NCBI GenBank assembly: GCA_964016885.1
Contig: OZ024743.1
Location: 2,294,001 to 2,358,000 of the forward strand
Direction: 5' to 3'
Source: Eledone cirrhosa
Lineage: Eukaryota
DNA length: 64,000 nt
In this document: in pieces, positions 36,876 to 53,145 of the stretch
Layout of the letters: every line of letters starts with the position of its first letter
How positions within the stretch are numbered: position 1 is the stretch's first letter
The notes under the pieces: generated by a model
What the model was told of the DNA's origin: nothing
What the model saw: only the letters and a program-made list of their open reading frames with translations
Databases searched by the model: none
Translations under genes and position numbers: made by a program

Positions 36876-36908
36876 CATATATATATACATATATATACAT
36901 ATATATAC

Positions 36909-36943
<35 letters not shown>

Positions 36944-37030
36944 CATATATATATACATATATATATACATATATATATATATACATATATATATATACAT
37001 ATATATACATATATATACATATATATATAC

Positions 37031-37063
<33 letters not shown>

Positions 37064-37064
37064 C

Positions 37065-37099
<35 letters not shown>

Positions 37100-37108
37100 C
37101 ATATATAT

Positions 37109-37227
<119 letters not shown>

Positions 37228-37228
37228 C

Positions 37229-39427
<2,199 letters not shown>

Positions 39428-39428
39428 C

Positions 39429-39553
<125 letters not shown>

Positions 39554-39561
39554 CATACATA

Positions 39562-39641
<80 letters not shown>

Positions 39642-39644
<3 letters not shown>

Positions 39645-40068
39645 AATAAGGGTTGCTATCAGTCACAGTTGGGCGGGGTGCTGTCAACATATAGTTACAT
39701 ACAAGCATACACATGGATAAGAGAACAGACAAGACACATGGATAAGAGAACAGACAAGAGTAGATAAGATAATGGGATTAGGTAAGAGTAGGTAAAAAAT
39801 AGGTAAAAAATAGGTGAAAAACAGACTTATAATATATATAAAAAGAAATACAAAGAAATACATAACAAACTTACATATAAAATATAGGGTAAGGAATGAG
39901 ATAAAATAATATAAAATTAAAATTAAAAATTATATACATAGAACATAATATAATATAATCGTAAAATAAGATAAAATAAGGTAAACTAAAATCAAATAAC
40001 ATAGACTAAATTAAAATAATATAATATAAGATATAATTAAATGTGTAATTAAATGTAATTAAATGTAA

Positions 40069-40112
<44 letters not shown>

Positions 40113-41992
40113 AAATTAAATAAATAAGTAAAATTTAAATTTTAAAATTAAAATTTAAATTTAAATTTAAATAAATAAATAAATAAATAAATAAATGGAG
40201 TCAAGTAAGTAAATAAATAAAATTAGATAACATGAAATGAAATAAAATAAAATGAAATAAAGTAAATTGAGATAAGATATGTATTTTTTTAAGAATATAT
40301 CTCTTGAATATATCAGGGGCCCACGAAGGCACTAAGTGTCACAGTTATGTGTATCACTTGACCATTGCAAGGCAATGGAGGCGTCCCAGGTTGGGCAGTC
40401 TCGAAAGTTCACTCGAAAGTCATGGGTGTGCATTCACACAGTTGAGCGGTGGGGTAATCACAAACCGGTTCACACACGGGCAGGAGTCCAATGGTCAGAG
40501 AGAGGTGCATCGAAGGAGGTAGAAGAATTCACGTGCATTAGCAAGCGAGGTGAGGCGGGTTAAAGCAAGCAGACACAGTTGTAGCGCATACAAAATATAT
40601 ATAAAAAGACAGAAGATATATAAAAAATAGCTTCAAGAGCCATTAAGTCACCGCATTGGGACATCACAAGATTGTACACATCAATATGTTCAGCACGTAT
40701 ATGCACGTATACACACCACATGCATATGCAGAGACGGTATACATATATATATATATATATATATTTTTATATATACAGACACATATAACCACCTACACCC
40801 ATACACATATAAATGTATACACGGACACACACGCACACACACACAGCGTAGGACACCCGGGTCAAAGCCGATATTAAATACGATATTAAACACCGAAATA
40901 CCACATTAGACCAGACCCACCACCACAGGTAATATATTCAAAACAAATACATACGATGAGATGCTATGGAGATATTCATGTCTGCACGTGCCATTGACCG
41001 ATTCGAGTGTACACAGACCGTTAGTAACTACGGAGGGCCATCGGGGCCAAAACGTTACTTTCGGGATCATAAAAACGACCGTCAATATATGGAAGGCCGA
41101 TCGTGCTAGAAAGACTACAACCCCGGGTAAGAGCTCCCAGAGGTCAGCCTGTAGATCTTGAACCACAGAATATGAGGGCAACACGTATATGCGCCACGTA
41201 TCCACTGCTTACGGCAGGATGGCACGGGTCCGCCCACAGTTACAGGCTAAATTTCTACTAGTGCAGCCTAAATCGCAGTACACGCTTTACATAAATACAT
41301 TACATCACAACTCATGCGCATACAGAGGTACAGATCAACAAGATATACGTCAGGATAGGTCCACCAATGCACTAATGGTGGGTAGGCCAGCGTGGATGGG
41401 TTACATCCACTGTGCCAAACAGGGGTGCTTATTAACATACACTCCCCTGCACACCCCAATATCAAGATCAATATCCTCCCACAGGCATACGTATACATTC
41501 ACAGACTCGTATACATAGACGACCAACAATAGGAGACAGTTACACACAGTCAGAGACAGTTACACAAGACAGCCCAACTGGAGGAATAAGGACGTGCTAG
41601 CTAACAGGTTTAAAGTAGAAAAAAGTGCTTAATATTCGGTGGGGGCAAGAGGAAAAAATTTCAGACTTTCTATTTAGTAGAGGGCATTTAGCAAATATAA
41701 TAATTTTATTTTTACTTTTATTTTTATTCTTATCCTTTATCGTCTATTATTACCTTTCATTCTTCAATGTCTTGGATTTGTTATTGCTTGTATGGTATGT
41801 AATTAACCTTTATGCTCTGATGAGTCCCACTTATAGTGCGGATGAAACAATGTTAGCAAGTAAAGATATGCATATGCTATAAGCGTTCTTTGTTATTTAT
41901 TATATTACGGCTCTGTCCTCAGACATTGAGCTAACCTCATACTGCCTGCTGGATAAGTGGAGTGTTATACACCCCTGATCCTTTCCCTAGCA

Positions 41993-41995
<3 letters not shown>
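39642..41995 (+). mobile_element. ~2.35-kb apparently non-coding insert with a 3' hammerhead (putative non-autonomous PLE derivative)
   Basis: Bounded by TA tracts, no recognisable ORF, hammerhead ~130 nt from the right end. Confidence 0.55.
41808..41865 (+). ncRNA. Type I minimal hammerhead ribozyme
   Basis: CTTTA-TGCT CTGATGA GTCC-CAC ttata GTG-c-GGAT GAAA C aat G TT AGCA-ag-TAAAG; stems I, II and III all pair; predicted GUU cleavage after 41854. Confidence 0.8.
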
Positions 41996-42087
<92 letters not shown>

Positions 42088-42127
42088 TACATACATATAT
42101 ATACATACATACATACATATATATATA

Positions 42128-43047
42128 CATCATCATCATCATCATCATCAACGTTTAACGTCCGTGTTCCACGCTTGCATGGGTTTGGACGGGGGTAGTC
42201 CCACTTGAGGCAAGAGTGATTGTCTTGCTCGCATAGGACTGTCTGGCAGGTTTTCTACAGTTGGATGCCCTTCCTAACACCAACCACATTTACAGTGTGG
42301 GTCTGGGAGGTTTTTACCGTGTTGCCTACACGGCCACATTACAGCGTGGACTGTGTGTTTTTTTGTCGTGACACCTACACGATCTCATTTGTTTCGGCCT
42401 GGATGGCGCGGCACCAACATAACTTTACATAGAACGGGGTGGTGTGGATGGGGTGGGGGTGGCGGCGGGAGGGGTGTATTTTGTTAGATATGCCTACTGG
42501 CAAGGCGGGTCTTCTCTGTTACTGAGTACCGCCAAAGGTCACGGTCCAGTGACATTGTCTTGGAGAGGTGTAAGTGTGTGAGGTCGGAGTTTATCAGCTC
42601 ATCCCATGTTTTTCTAGGTCTGCCTATTCCGTGGCTACCGTCTATCTTTATTGCCCTGCACTTTGTAATACAGCTATCGACTTTCATGCGCATCACGTGT
42701 CCATACCAACGCAGCCTTCTCTCGAGTAAACAACATCTGATCCCTCTTATCTCTAATTTTTTCCTTAGTTCGTTTATGCTTTGCCGTTCACGTATATTAC
42801 TGTTACACATCCAGCGGAGCATGCAAGCTTCGTTCCTCTCTAGTCTGCGTATATCCTCTGCACACAATGCCCAGGTCTCACTACCATGCAACATTGCTGT
42901 TCGTATGCAGGCATCGTACAACCTGCCTTTCATTTTTAGGGAGAACCCTTTAGCAGCTAATAGTGGTATAAGCTCTCTGAACTTTTTCCAACCAGTTCTG
43001 ACTCTAGCTACAGTACTTTCAGAGCACCCTCCCCCACTGCTGATTTT
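42128..43047 (-). mobile_element. RTE family C, 5'-truncated copy 2
   Basis: C-terminal ORF ([10 protein letters not shown]...KTRLASRHI), 3' UTR and tail; lacks the ~27-bp segment present near the stop in copies 1 and 3. Confidence 0.95.
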
Positions 43048-43050
43048 TAC

Positions 43051-43099
<49 letters not shown>

Positions 43100-43458
43100 T
43101 ATATACATATATATATACATACATACATATATGTAATAATACATATATATATACATACATATATATATAATAATACATATATATATACATACATATATAT
43201 ATAATAATACATATATATATACATACATATATATATAATAATACATATATATATACATACATATATATATAATAATACATATATATATACATACATATAT
43301 ATATAATAATACATATATATATACATACATATATATATAATACATATATATATACATACATATATATATATAATACATATATATATACATACATATATAT
43401 ATATAATACATATATATATACATACATATATATATATAATACATATATATATAATACA

Positions 43459-43499
<41 letters not shown>

Positions 43500-43550
43500 A
43501 ATACATATATATATACATACATATATATATAATAATACATATATATATAC

Positions 43551-43677
<127 letters not shown>

Positions 43678-43700
43678 CATACATATATATATATATATAT

Positions 43701-46258
43701 ATGTGAATATAGACATAGAATATTCGAAAATATTCTGTATGTTTATAATAAACATTTTGAAGACCTAATCGCTATAGAATAGAATACGTCACGTATTACA
43801 ATTAGATTCTCGATAAAAGCAAGGGAAGTAATCTACGCGTTTCATTCTCGTTAGAAATCATCAGGACTACATATCCAGTGCTTTTATCGAGAATGACACA
43901 GCTAGAGACTTATAGAATACTTAGCTGTGTACAGGAACTGGTTTGAAAGAGCGGTTGCCGGTCCGGCAGAAATTAGAAATTGGAATAAATGCTCTGAAAT
44001 AGCGATATATATGTGAATATAGACATAGAATATTCGAAAATATTCTGTATGTTTATAATAAACATTTTGAAGACCTAATCGCTATAGAATAGAATACGTC
44101 ACGTATTACAATTAGATTCTCGATAAAAGCAAGGGAAGTAATCTACGCGTTTCATTCTCGTTAGAAATCATCAGGACTACATATCCAGTGCTTTTATCGA
44201 GAATGACACAGCTAGAGACTTATAGAATACTTAGCTGTGTACAGGAACTGGTTTGAAAGAGCGGTTGCCGGTCCGGCAGAAATTAGAAATTGGAATAAAT
44301 GCTCTGAAATAGCGATATATATGTGAATATAGACATAGAATATTCGAAAATATTCTGTATGTTTATAATAAACATTTTGAAGACCTAATCGCTATAGAAT
44401 AGAATACGTCACGTATTACAATTAGATTCTCGATAAAAGCAAGGGAAGTAATCTACGCGTTTCATTCTCGTTAGAAATCATCAGGACTATATATCCAGTG
44501 CTTTTATCGAGAATGACACAGCTAGAGACTTATAGAATACTTAGCTGTGTACAGGAACTGGTTTGAAAGAGCGGTTGCCGGTCCGGCAGAAATTAGAAAT
44601 TGGAATAAATGCTCTGAAATAGCGATATATATGTGAATATAGACATAGAATATTCGAAAATATTCTGTATGTTTATAATAAACATTTTGAAGACCTAATC
44701 GCTATAGAATAGAATACGTCACGTATTACAATTAGATTCTCGATAAAAGCAAGGGAAGTAATCTACGCGTTTCATTCTCGTTAGAAATCATCAGGACTAC
44801 ATATCCAGTGCTTTTATCGAGAATGACACAGCTAGAGACTTATAGAATACTTAGCTGTGTACAGGAACTGGTTTGAAAGAGCGGTTGCCGGTCCGGCAGA
44901 AATTAGAAATTGGAATAAATGCTCTGAAATAGCGATATATATGTGAATATAGACATAGAATATTCGAAAATATTCTGTATGTTTATAATAAACATTTTGA
45001 AGACCTAATCGCTATAGAATAGAATACGTCACGTATTACAATTAGATTCTCGATAAAAGCAAGGGAAGTAATCTACGCGTTTCATTCTCGTTAGAAATCA
45101 TCAGGACTACATATCCAGTGCTTTTATCGAGAATGACACAGCTAGAGACTTATAGAATACTTAGCTGTGTACAGGAACTGGTTTGAAAGAGCGGTTGCCG
45201 GTCCGGCAGAAATTAGAAATTGGAATAAATGCTCTGAAATAGCGATATATATGTGAATATAGACATAGAATATTCGAAAATATTCTGTATGTTTATAATA
45301 AACATTTTGAAGACCTAATCGCTATAGAATAGAATACGTCACGTATTACAATTAGATTCTCGATAAAAGCAAGGGAAGTAATCTACGCGTTTCATTCTCG
45401 TTAGAAATCATCAGGACTACATATCCAGTGCTTTTATCGAGAATGACACAGCTAGAGACTTATAGAATACTTAGCTGTGTACAGGAACTGGTTTGAAAGA
45501 GCGGTTGCCGGTCCGGCAGAAATTAGAAATTGGAATAAATGCTCTGAAATAGCGATATATATGTGAATATAGACATAGAATATTCGAAAATATTCTGTAT
45601 GTTTATAATAAACATTTTGAAGACCTAATCGCTATAGAATAGAATACGTCACGTATTACAATTAGATTCTCGATAAAAGCAAGGGAAGTAATCTACGCGT
45701 TTCATTCTCGTTAGAAATCATCAGGACTACATATCCAGTGCTTTTATCGAGAATGACACAGCTAGAGACTTATAGAATACTTAGCTGTGTACAGGAACTG
45801 GTTTGAAAGAGCGGTTGCCGGTCCGGCAGAAATTAGAAATTGGAATAAATGCTCTGAAATAGCGATATATATGTGAATATAGACATAGAATATTCGAAAA
45901 TATTCTGTATGTTTATAATAAACATTTTGAAGACCTAATCGCTATAGAATAGAATACGTCACGTATTACAATTAGTTCTCGATAAAAGCAAGGGAAGTAA
46001 TCTACGCGTTTCATTCTCGTTAGAAATCATCAGGACTACATATCCAGTGCTTTTATCGAGAATGACACAGCTAGAGACTTATAGAATACTTAGCTGTGTA
46101 CAGGAACTGGTTTGAAAGAGCGGTTGCCGGTCCGGCAGAAATTAGAAATTGGAATAAATGCTCTGAAATAGCGATATATATGTGAATATAGACATAGAAT
46201 ATTCGAAAATATTCTGTATGTTTATAATAAACATTTTGAAGACCTAATCGCTATAGAA
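43701..46258 (-). mobile_element. Tandem array of 310-bp hammerhead-containing monomers (retrozyme-like), 8 full + partial
   Basis: ATGTGAATATAGAC recurs at 43701, 44011, 44321, 44631, 44941, 45251, 45561, 45871 and 46180; units nearly identical. Confidence 0.9.
43828..43870 (-). ncRNA. Type I minimal hammerhead ribozyme (repeated every 310 bp)
   Basis: Minus strand GTAGTC CTGATGA T TTCT aacg AGAA T GAAA CGCG TA GATTAC: 6-bp stem I, palindromic ACGCGT stem III, GUA site; U-U at the base of stem II. Confidence 0.85.
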
Positions 46259-46616
46259 TATTCTATGTCTATATTCACATATATATCGCTATTTCAGAGC
46301 ATTTATTCCAATTTCTAATTTCTGCCGGACCGGCAACCGCTCTTTCAAACCAGTTCCTGTACACAGCTAAGTATTCTATAAGTCTCTAGCTGTGTCATTC
46401 TCGATAAAAGCACTGGATATGTAGTCCTGATGATTTCTAACGAGAATGAAACGCGTAGATTACTTCCCTTGCTTTTATCGAGAATCTAATTGTAATACGT
46501 GACGTATTCTATTCTATAGCGATTAGGTCTTCAAAATGTTTATTATAAACATACAGAATATTTTCGAATATTCTATGTCTATATTCACATATATATCGCT
46601 ATTTCAGAGCATTTAT

Positions 46617-46622
<6 letters not shown>
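46259..46622 (+). mobile_element. Inverted ~1.2 monomers of the 310-bp unit
   Basis: Reverse complement of the unit, running through the monomer junction; fold-back at ATAGAATATTCTAT. Confidence 0.92.
46421..46463 (+). ncRNA. Hammerhead ribozyme (inverted copy)
   Basis: GTAGTCCTGATGATTTCTAACGAGAATGAAACGCGTAGATTAC read directly; predicted cleavage after 46457. Confidence 0.85.
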
Positions 46623-46655
<33 letters not shown>

Positions 46656-46792
46656 CATATATATATACATACATATATATATAATAATACATATATATAT
46701 ACATACATATATATATATAATACATATATATATACATACATATATATATATAATACATATATATATATACATACATATATATATATAATACA

Positions 46793-46833
<41 letters not shown>

Positions 46834-47015
46834 AATACATATATATATACATACATATATATATACATACATATATATATATAATACATATATATATACA
46901 TACATATATATATACATACATATATATAATATAATACATATATATATACATACATATATATATATAATACATATATATATACATATATATATATATAATA
47001 ATACATATATATACA

Positions 47016-47096
<81 letters not shown>

Positions 47097-47414
47097 ATAC
47101 ATATATATATATATATATTATATATATATATATATATATTATACATACATACATATATACATACATATATATATACATACATACATACATATATGTAATA
47201 ATACATACATATATACATACATATATATATAATAATACATATATATATACATAATATATATATATAATACATATATATATACATACATATATATATATAA
47301 TACATATATATACATACATATATATATATAATACATATATATATACATACATATATATATATAATACATATATATATATAATACATATATATATAATAAT
47401 ACATATATATATAC

Positions 47415-47447
<33 letters not shown>

Positions 47448-47448
47448 C

Positions 47449-47479
<31 letters not shown>

Positions 47480-47484
47480 CATAC

Positions 47485-47515
<31 letters not shown>

Positions 47516-47520
47516 CATAC

Positions 47521-47649
<129 letters not shown>

Positions 47650-47674
47650 CATACATATATATATATATACATAC

Positions 47675-47705
<31 letters not shown>

Positions 47706-47817
47706 CATACATATATATATATATATACATACATATATATATACATATATATATACATACATATATATATATATACATACATATATATGTACATACATAT
47801 ATATATATATACATACA

Positions 47818-49218
47818 TCAGATATCTTGGACAGGATGAGAATGTCAGATATGATGACCCATAAATAAGGAGAGAACCAGAACTGAATACCTCAGAAGAG
47901 TAAAAAAATATGGTCATCAGAACTGTCAGCATACAACAAATACATTGCCCACAATACCTATGCTGTGCCAATTCTAACGCCAACATTTGGCCTACTGAAC
48001 TGGTCATTGCAAGAACTAAGTGAGATGGATGTTAGAACTCGAAAACTTCTCAGTGTTACTGGGAACTTTAACATCAATGGTGATGTGGATAGGCTATACT
48101 TCTCACGCAAGGAAGGTGGCCGGGGTCTAAAATCAATATTAACAACATATGAGACCCGGATAGTAACACTGAAGCAACACCTTCAACAGATAAAAAAGGT
48201 TGGCGACCATCTTGCTCAGGTTTATGAGCATGAAAAAAGAAATATCATTAGAATAGCGACTGATCTGGAGGAGAGATATGGAATAAAGCCTGATATAAAT
48301 CTCTCACCCAGAGAAATCGGAAGATCCTATTCAATGTTCAAACAAGAAAAAAAAATTGACCAATTTACAGAGAAAGTTGTGCATGGATACTTGAGGCGTA
48401 AAACACAGACCATAGAGGGGATAAACCACTCAAAAAGCCTGGCATGGAGTTCCGACAAGTTTATGACATCACACCTTGAGGGATATCTCTATGCAATACA
48501 GGAACAAGAACTCCCTACCAAATATCTGCTGCACAAAAGAGGAGGGCCAGCAGCTGACAATAAATGTAGGCTATGTAAAACAAAGATCGAGGATGTAAGC
48601 CACATTGTTGCCAGCTGCGAAAGAATGTCATCTCGCTACTACCTCCCCATGAGACACGATGGGATAGCTAGAACTATCTGGAACGCACTTCGGAAAACAA
48701 AATTAACAACAAACGAGGAAGAATATATTGAGACAGATGGCACTAAGGAATACTGGTGGAACCTGAAAATAAAAACTGCCACCAAATTAAAGCACAACCG
48801 GCCTGATATTGTAGTTTGGGACCACACATTGAAAACGTGTTCTGTTGTGGAGATCAGCTGCCCACTTGATGTAAACGTTGTCAGAAAAATACAGGAGAAG
48901 GAGGACATCTACGGACCATTGATGAGGAGCTTACAAATCCAGTATCCAAGATACACCTTTAGCTTCATACCCATCATTATTGGTGCTACGGGTTATATAC
49001 CAACCCGCTTGGACCAAAGTATGACCGAACTTGGATTTGCGGACAAAAAGCGCAGCTCCCTAATTCATAGTCTACAAATGGCTGCGATAGCTGGCACCTT
49101 CAAAATATGCAAAACATTCTTGCGATTCAAGGGATGACAATTTCTTTTCTTTTACAACCTTGCCACCAGGAAGGTGGCTGGTCAAAAAAATATACTCGAA
49201 ATTAAGAGAAAGAGAAAA
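47818..49218 (+). mobile_element. R4/Dong-type RLE non-LTR retrotransposon, 5'-truncated
   Basis: RYLG.., [21 protein letters not shown] knuckle CRLC..SHIVASC, RHD and RPDIVV..EISCP; TA tracts on both sides. Confidence 0.88.
47965..49137 (+). CDS. RT thumb + CCHC + restriction-like (PD-D/E) endonuclease, partial
   Basis: 390-aa open frame; upstream RT codons are frameshifted. Confidence 0.75.
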   Translation: MPILTPTFGLLNWSLQELSEMDVRTRKLLSVTGNFNINGDVDRLYFSRKEGGRGLKSILTTYETRIVTLKQHLQQIKKVGDHLAQVYEHEKRNIIRIATDLEERYGIKPDINLSPREIGRSYSMFKQEKKIDQFTEKVVHGYLRRKTQTIEGINHSKSLAWSSDKFMTSHLEGYLYAIQEQELPTKYLLHKRGGPAADNKCRLCKTKIEDVSHIVASCERMSSRYYLPMRHDGIARTIWNALRKTKLTTNEEEYIETDGTKEYWWNLKIKTATKLKHNRPDIVVWDHTLKTCSVVEISCPLDVNVVRKIQEKEDIYGPLMRSLQIQYPRYTFSFIPIIIGATGYIPTRLDQSMTELGFADKKRSSLIHSLQMAAIAGTFKICKTFLRFKG

Positions 49219-49292
49219 CATATATATATACATACATATATATATACATACATATATATATATATACATACATATATATATATACATACATA

Positions 49293-49741
49293 TGTCAACT
49301 CTGGATGTCGGTGAGCATGTCCAGCTAACCTCAGTCTCCTCTGTGTCACTTTTGAGCTGACTTTTGGGATGCTCCCATACAGCTCTGAGTTTTTCATCCT
49401 CAGTGTTTACTGATTAATGTTCAGAGCCATCCTCAGCATTCTCGTGTAGCACCCATCCACCATCTGAGTGAGTTTCTTGGTCAGTGTCCAAGTCTCAGAC
49501 CCATACAGCAGCACAGACTCCACTACAGCAATGACATTGCACTCAGTACTCCTTTGGGAGCCCCTAGATGGACACACTAGAAGAGGAAGACCAAGGTTAA
49601 CGTATGTTGATGCCCTAAGGACAGACACTGGTCTGTTGGAGACGCAGGACATCGCAGCGATAATGAGGGACAGAGATCGCTGGAGAGAACTCGTCCATGG
49701 ATCTCGGGAATTTTACCCGCCTTAGAATAGAAAAAAAGAAT
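49293..49741 (+). mobile_element. RTE-type 3' fragment with 5' inversion
   Basis: Minus part VESVLLYGSETW...RRLRLAGHAHRHPELT; plus part [24 protein letters not shown]. Confidence 0.85.
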
Positions 49742-49822
49742 ACATACATAGATATATATATACATACACATATATATATATATACATACATATATATATA
49801 TATATATACATACATATATATA

Positions 49823-49925
<103 letters not shown>

Positions 49926-50124
49926 ATACATACATATATATATATATACATACATATATATATATACATACATATATATATATATACATACATATATATA
50001 TATACATACATATATATATATACATACATATATATATATACATACATATATATATATATACATACATATATATATATATACATACATATATATATATATA
50101 TTCATACATATATATATATATATA

Positions 50125-52630
50125 TCATCATGGATGATTTCTTCCTATCCCAACTAGTGCTCGAACCAACGAGGTGCCACAAAAACGTCCTAGACTTAAT
50201 TTTCAGCAATCACACTGACAATATCCACAATATTGCAGTGGAGAAAACTCTACTCTCTGATCATGACATGGTTCTCTGTGATCTGAGTTTCCACCGTCCA
50301 ATATACAAATCCAATGTCATTTCTCCTGTCCATCCGTTTGACGCTATGGATTTCCACAATGCAAACTGGGAAGCGATCAGTCATGATCTTGCACATGTCG
50401 ACTGGTCCTTCACGCACACTCATACACCCACTAACATCAAAAAGTCCTGGCAGACATTTGTGGACACTGTTACAAACATATGTGCTAAACACACCCCATT
50501 AAGAACTATAAACAAATCTAAGAGCAGAATCCCTAGAAATAGAAAAACACTCATCAGAAAAATTAAGAGAACGAACAAAAAAATCAACAAGCTGAAATAC
50601 TGTCAGCAGCAACACATCAACTTGACTGCCATTTCATCACTAGAGATTAAAAAACATAACCTCCAAAACAACATAATGTCCCTCATCAACAATCAGAGAA
50701 GAGCTGAAGAGGCCTGGGCCATTGAGAAGATCAAACTCAATCCCAAAGTGTTCTTTTCATTTGCAAAAAAACACAAAATCACTGGCTCTACTGTTGGCCC
50801 TCTAATTGATGAAAATGGCACTCTTCAAGACAATGCTAAAACCATGGGTGAGATACTGCAGAAACAATACTGCTCTGTTTTCAGCAATCCTGATATGGCC
50901 GATCTGGGCTGTATCGGCGATGTTACTCCCCATTACACCTTATCGGACATAACGTTTGGCGCCCCTGATGTCTTGGCGGCAATAAAGGAAATCAAGCATA
51001 ATTCAGCAGTAGGTCCCGATAGGTTCCCTGCTTGTGTCTTGAAGGCGTGTCAACACCAACTTGCTTCTCCTCTTGCCAATCTGTGGCGGAACTCACTGGA
51101 TGCTGGATATGTGCCAGAAAACCTTCTATCCCAGTCTGTTGTCCCAGTTTTCAAAAAGGGAAACAAATCCCTTGCCGTGAATTACCGTCCAATCTCACTC
51201 ACCTCTCATATCATTAAGGTATTTGAGCGAGTGGTGAGATCGCGAATGACCCACTTCCTTGAGAGTAACAATATGCTGAACTCCAACCAGCATGGATTCC
51301 GTAATGGAAGGGATTGCCTGACGCAACTACTGCATCACTTTGATGACATTTTGAGAGCCTTGGGAGAGGGTTCCAACACTGATGTTATCTACCTTGATTT
51401 CAGCAAGGCCTTTGACAGGGTTGATCACAACATTCTACTGAGAAAGCTGTCCAATATTGGTGTCACTGGAAAGCTGCTGCAGTGGATCAAGAGCTTCCTG
51501 TCAAACAGAACCCAACATGTTGTAGTTGAGGGAGTCAAATCAAGCCCAGCCAAAGTCAGTAGTGGAGTCCCACAAGGCACTGTGTTGGGCCCACTTCTCT
51601 TCATCATCTATATTAATGACATCACTGACATCATCAAACACAGCAACATTAAAATTTTCGCTGATGATTCCAAGCTCCAAAAGGTCATCAATGGCGTGGA
51701 TGACCGGATAAGCCTTCAGTCAGACCTACTGGCTGTTACCCAATGGGCAGAAAAGAACAACATGTTACTGAACGAAGATAAATTCGAACTGATCCACTTT
51801 GGAAAAGAGGATGCTCTGAAACTCCCGTACTCCCTTCCCTCCGGGGAAACTCTCGTGGCATCTAACAACATCAGAGACTTGGGAGTAACCGTGGACAGCA
51901 ACATAAGCTGGACCACGCATATAAGCAGCAAAGTTGACATGGCCCGCAGAATGTGTTCCTGGATCCTCAGAACCTTCCAGTCGAGAGATTCCCGCACCAT
52001 TATCCTTCTCTTCTCTACTTTCGCCCGACCACACCTTGAATACTGTTGTCCACTGTGGTCTCCCCACACGAAACAAAGTATCATGAAACTTGAAGCTCCT
52101 CAAAGGGCAATCACGAAAAAGATAGATGGCATGTCAGACCTTGACTACTGGGGTCGATTGGAAAACCTGAAACTTTACTCACTCCAACGTCGCCGTGAGC
52201 GTTATATTATCTGCATGATGTGGAAAATGTTCCATCATCACTGCCCAAATGATGTTGGCATCGCCTTCAAGATACACCCAAGGCTTGGGCCCCGTGCTAT
52301 CCGTCCCATTCAAAAATCTAAATCGCAACTCATAACAACAATACGGCACAATTATTTCACCTCAATCGGCCCTGCTCTCTTCAACATCACACCAGGACAC
52401 GTCAAAACAGAAACTGACCACACAAAATTCAAGAAGTCTTTGGACAAATTCCTCCAAGTAATCCCGGACAAACCACCCACACCCGGATATGTCTCCGCAA
52501 ACAGTAATTCTCTTCTCGAATGGGCCATGGTGCCCAAATCCTGAATTGAAAGACTTCGCCAGGTGGTGCTATTAAGTTAGACATGGCCTGGGCCAATACT
52601 GGCCAAAACATTTCAAAGTTATTCAAAGTT
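50125..52630 (+). mobile_element. CR1-group LINE, 5'-truncated
   Basis: Short 3' UTR ending in TTCAAAGTTA x2; flanked by TA tracts. Confidence 0.9.
50130..52544 (+). CDS. CR1-type ORF2 (APE C-terminus + RT), uninterrupted
   Basis: [57 protein letters not shown] and SLQRRRER. Confidence 0.9.
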   Translation: MDDFFLSQLVLEPTRCHKNVLDLIFSNHTDNIHNIAVEKTLLSDHDMVLCDLSFHRPIYKSNVISPVHPFDAMDFHNANWEAISHDLAHVDWSFTHTHTPTNIKKSWQTFVDTVTNICAKHTPLRTINKSKSRIPRNRKTLIRKIKRTNKKINKLKYCQQQHINLTAISSLEIKKHNLQNNIMSLINNQRRAEEAWAIEKIKLNPKVFFSFAKKHKITGSTVGPLIDENGTLQDNAKTMGEILQKQYCSVFSNPDMADLGCIGDVTPHYTLSDITFGAPDVLAAIKEIKHNSAVGPDRFPACVLKACQHQLASPLANLWRNSLDAGYVPENLLSQSVVPVFKKGNKSLAVNYRPISLTSHIIKVFERVVRSRMTHFLESNNMLNSNQHGFRNGRDCLTQLLHHFDDILRALGEGSNTDVIYLDFSKAFDRVDHNILLRKLSNIGVTGKLLQWIKSFLSNRTQHVVVEGVKSSPAKVSSGVPQGTVLGPLLFIIYINDITDIIKHSNIKIFADDSKLQKVINGVDDRISLQSDLLAVTQWAEKNNMLLNEDKFELIHFGKEDALKLPYSLPSGETLVASNNIRDLGVTVDSNISWTTHISSKVDMARRMCSWILRTFQSRDSRTIILLFSTFARPHLEYCCPLWSPHTKQSIMKLEAPQRAITKKIDGMSDLDYWGRLENLKLYSLQRRRERYIICMMWKMFHHHCPNDVGIAFKIHPRLGPRAIRPIQKSKSQLITTIRHNYFTSIGPALFNITPGHVKTETDHTKFKKSLDKFLQVIPDKPPTPGYVSANSNSLLEWAMVPKS

Positions 52631-52812
52631 ATATACATACATACATATATATATATATACATACATACATATATATATATTCATACATATATATATATAC
52701 ATACATATATATATATATACATACATATATATATATACATATATATATACATATATATATATACATATATATATACATATATATATATACATATATATAT
52801 ACATATATATAC

Positions 52813-52853
<41 letters not shown>

Positions 52854-53114
52854 CATATATATATACATATATATACATATATATATACATATATATACAT
52901 ATATACATATACATATATACATATACACATATATACATATATATACATATATATATATATACATATATACATATACATATATGTATATACATATATGTAT
53001 ATACATATATGTATATACATATACATATATACATATATGTATATACATATATGTATATACATATACATATATACATATATGTATATACATATATGTATAT
53101 ACATATATATATAC

Positions 53115-53145
<31 letters not shown>

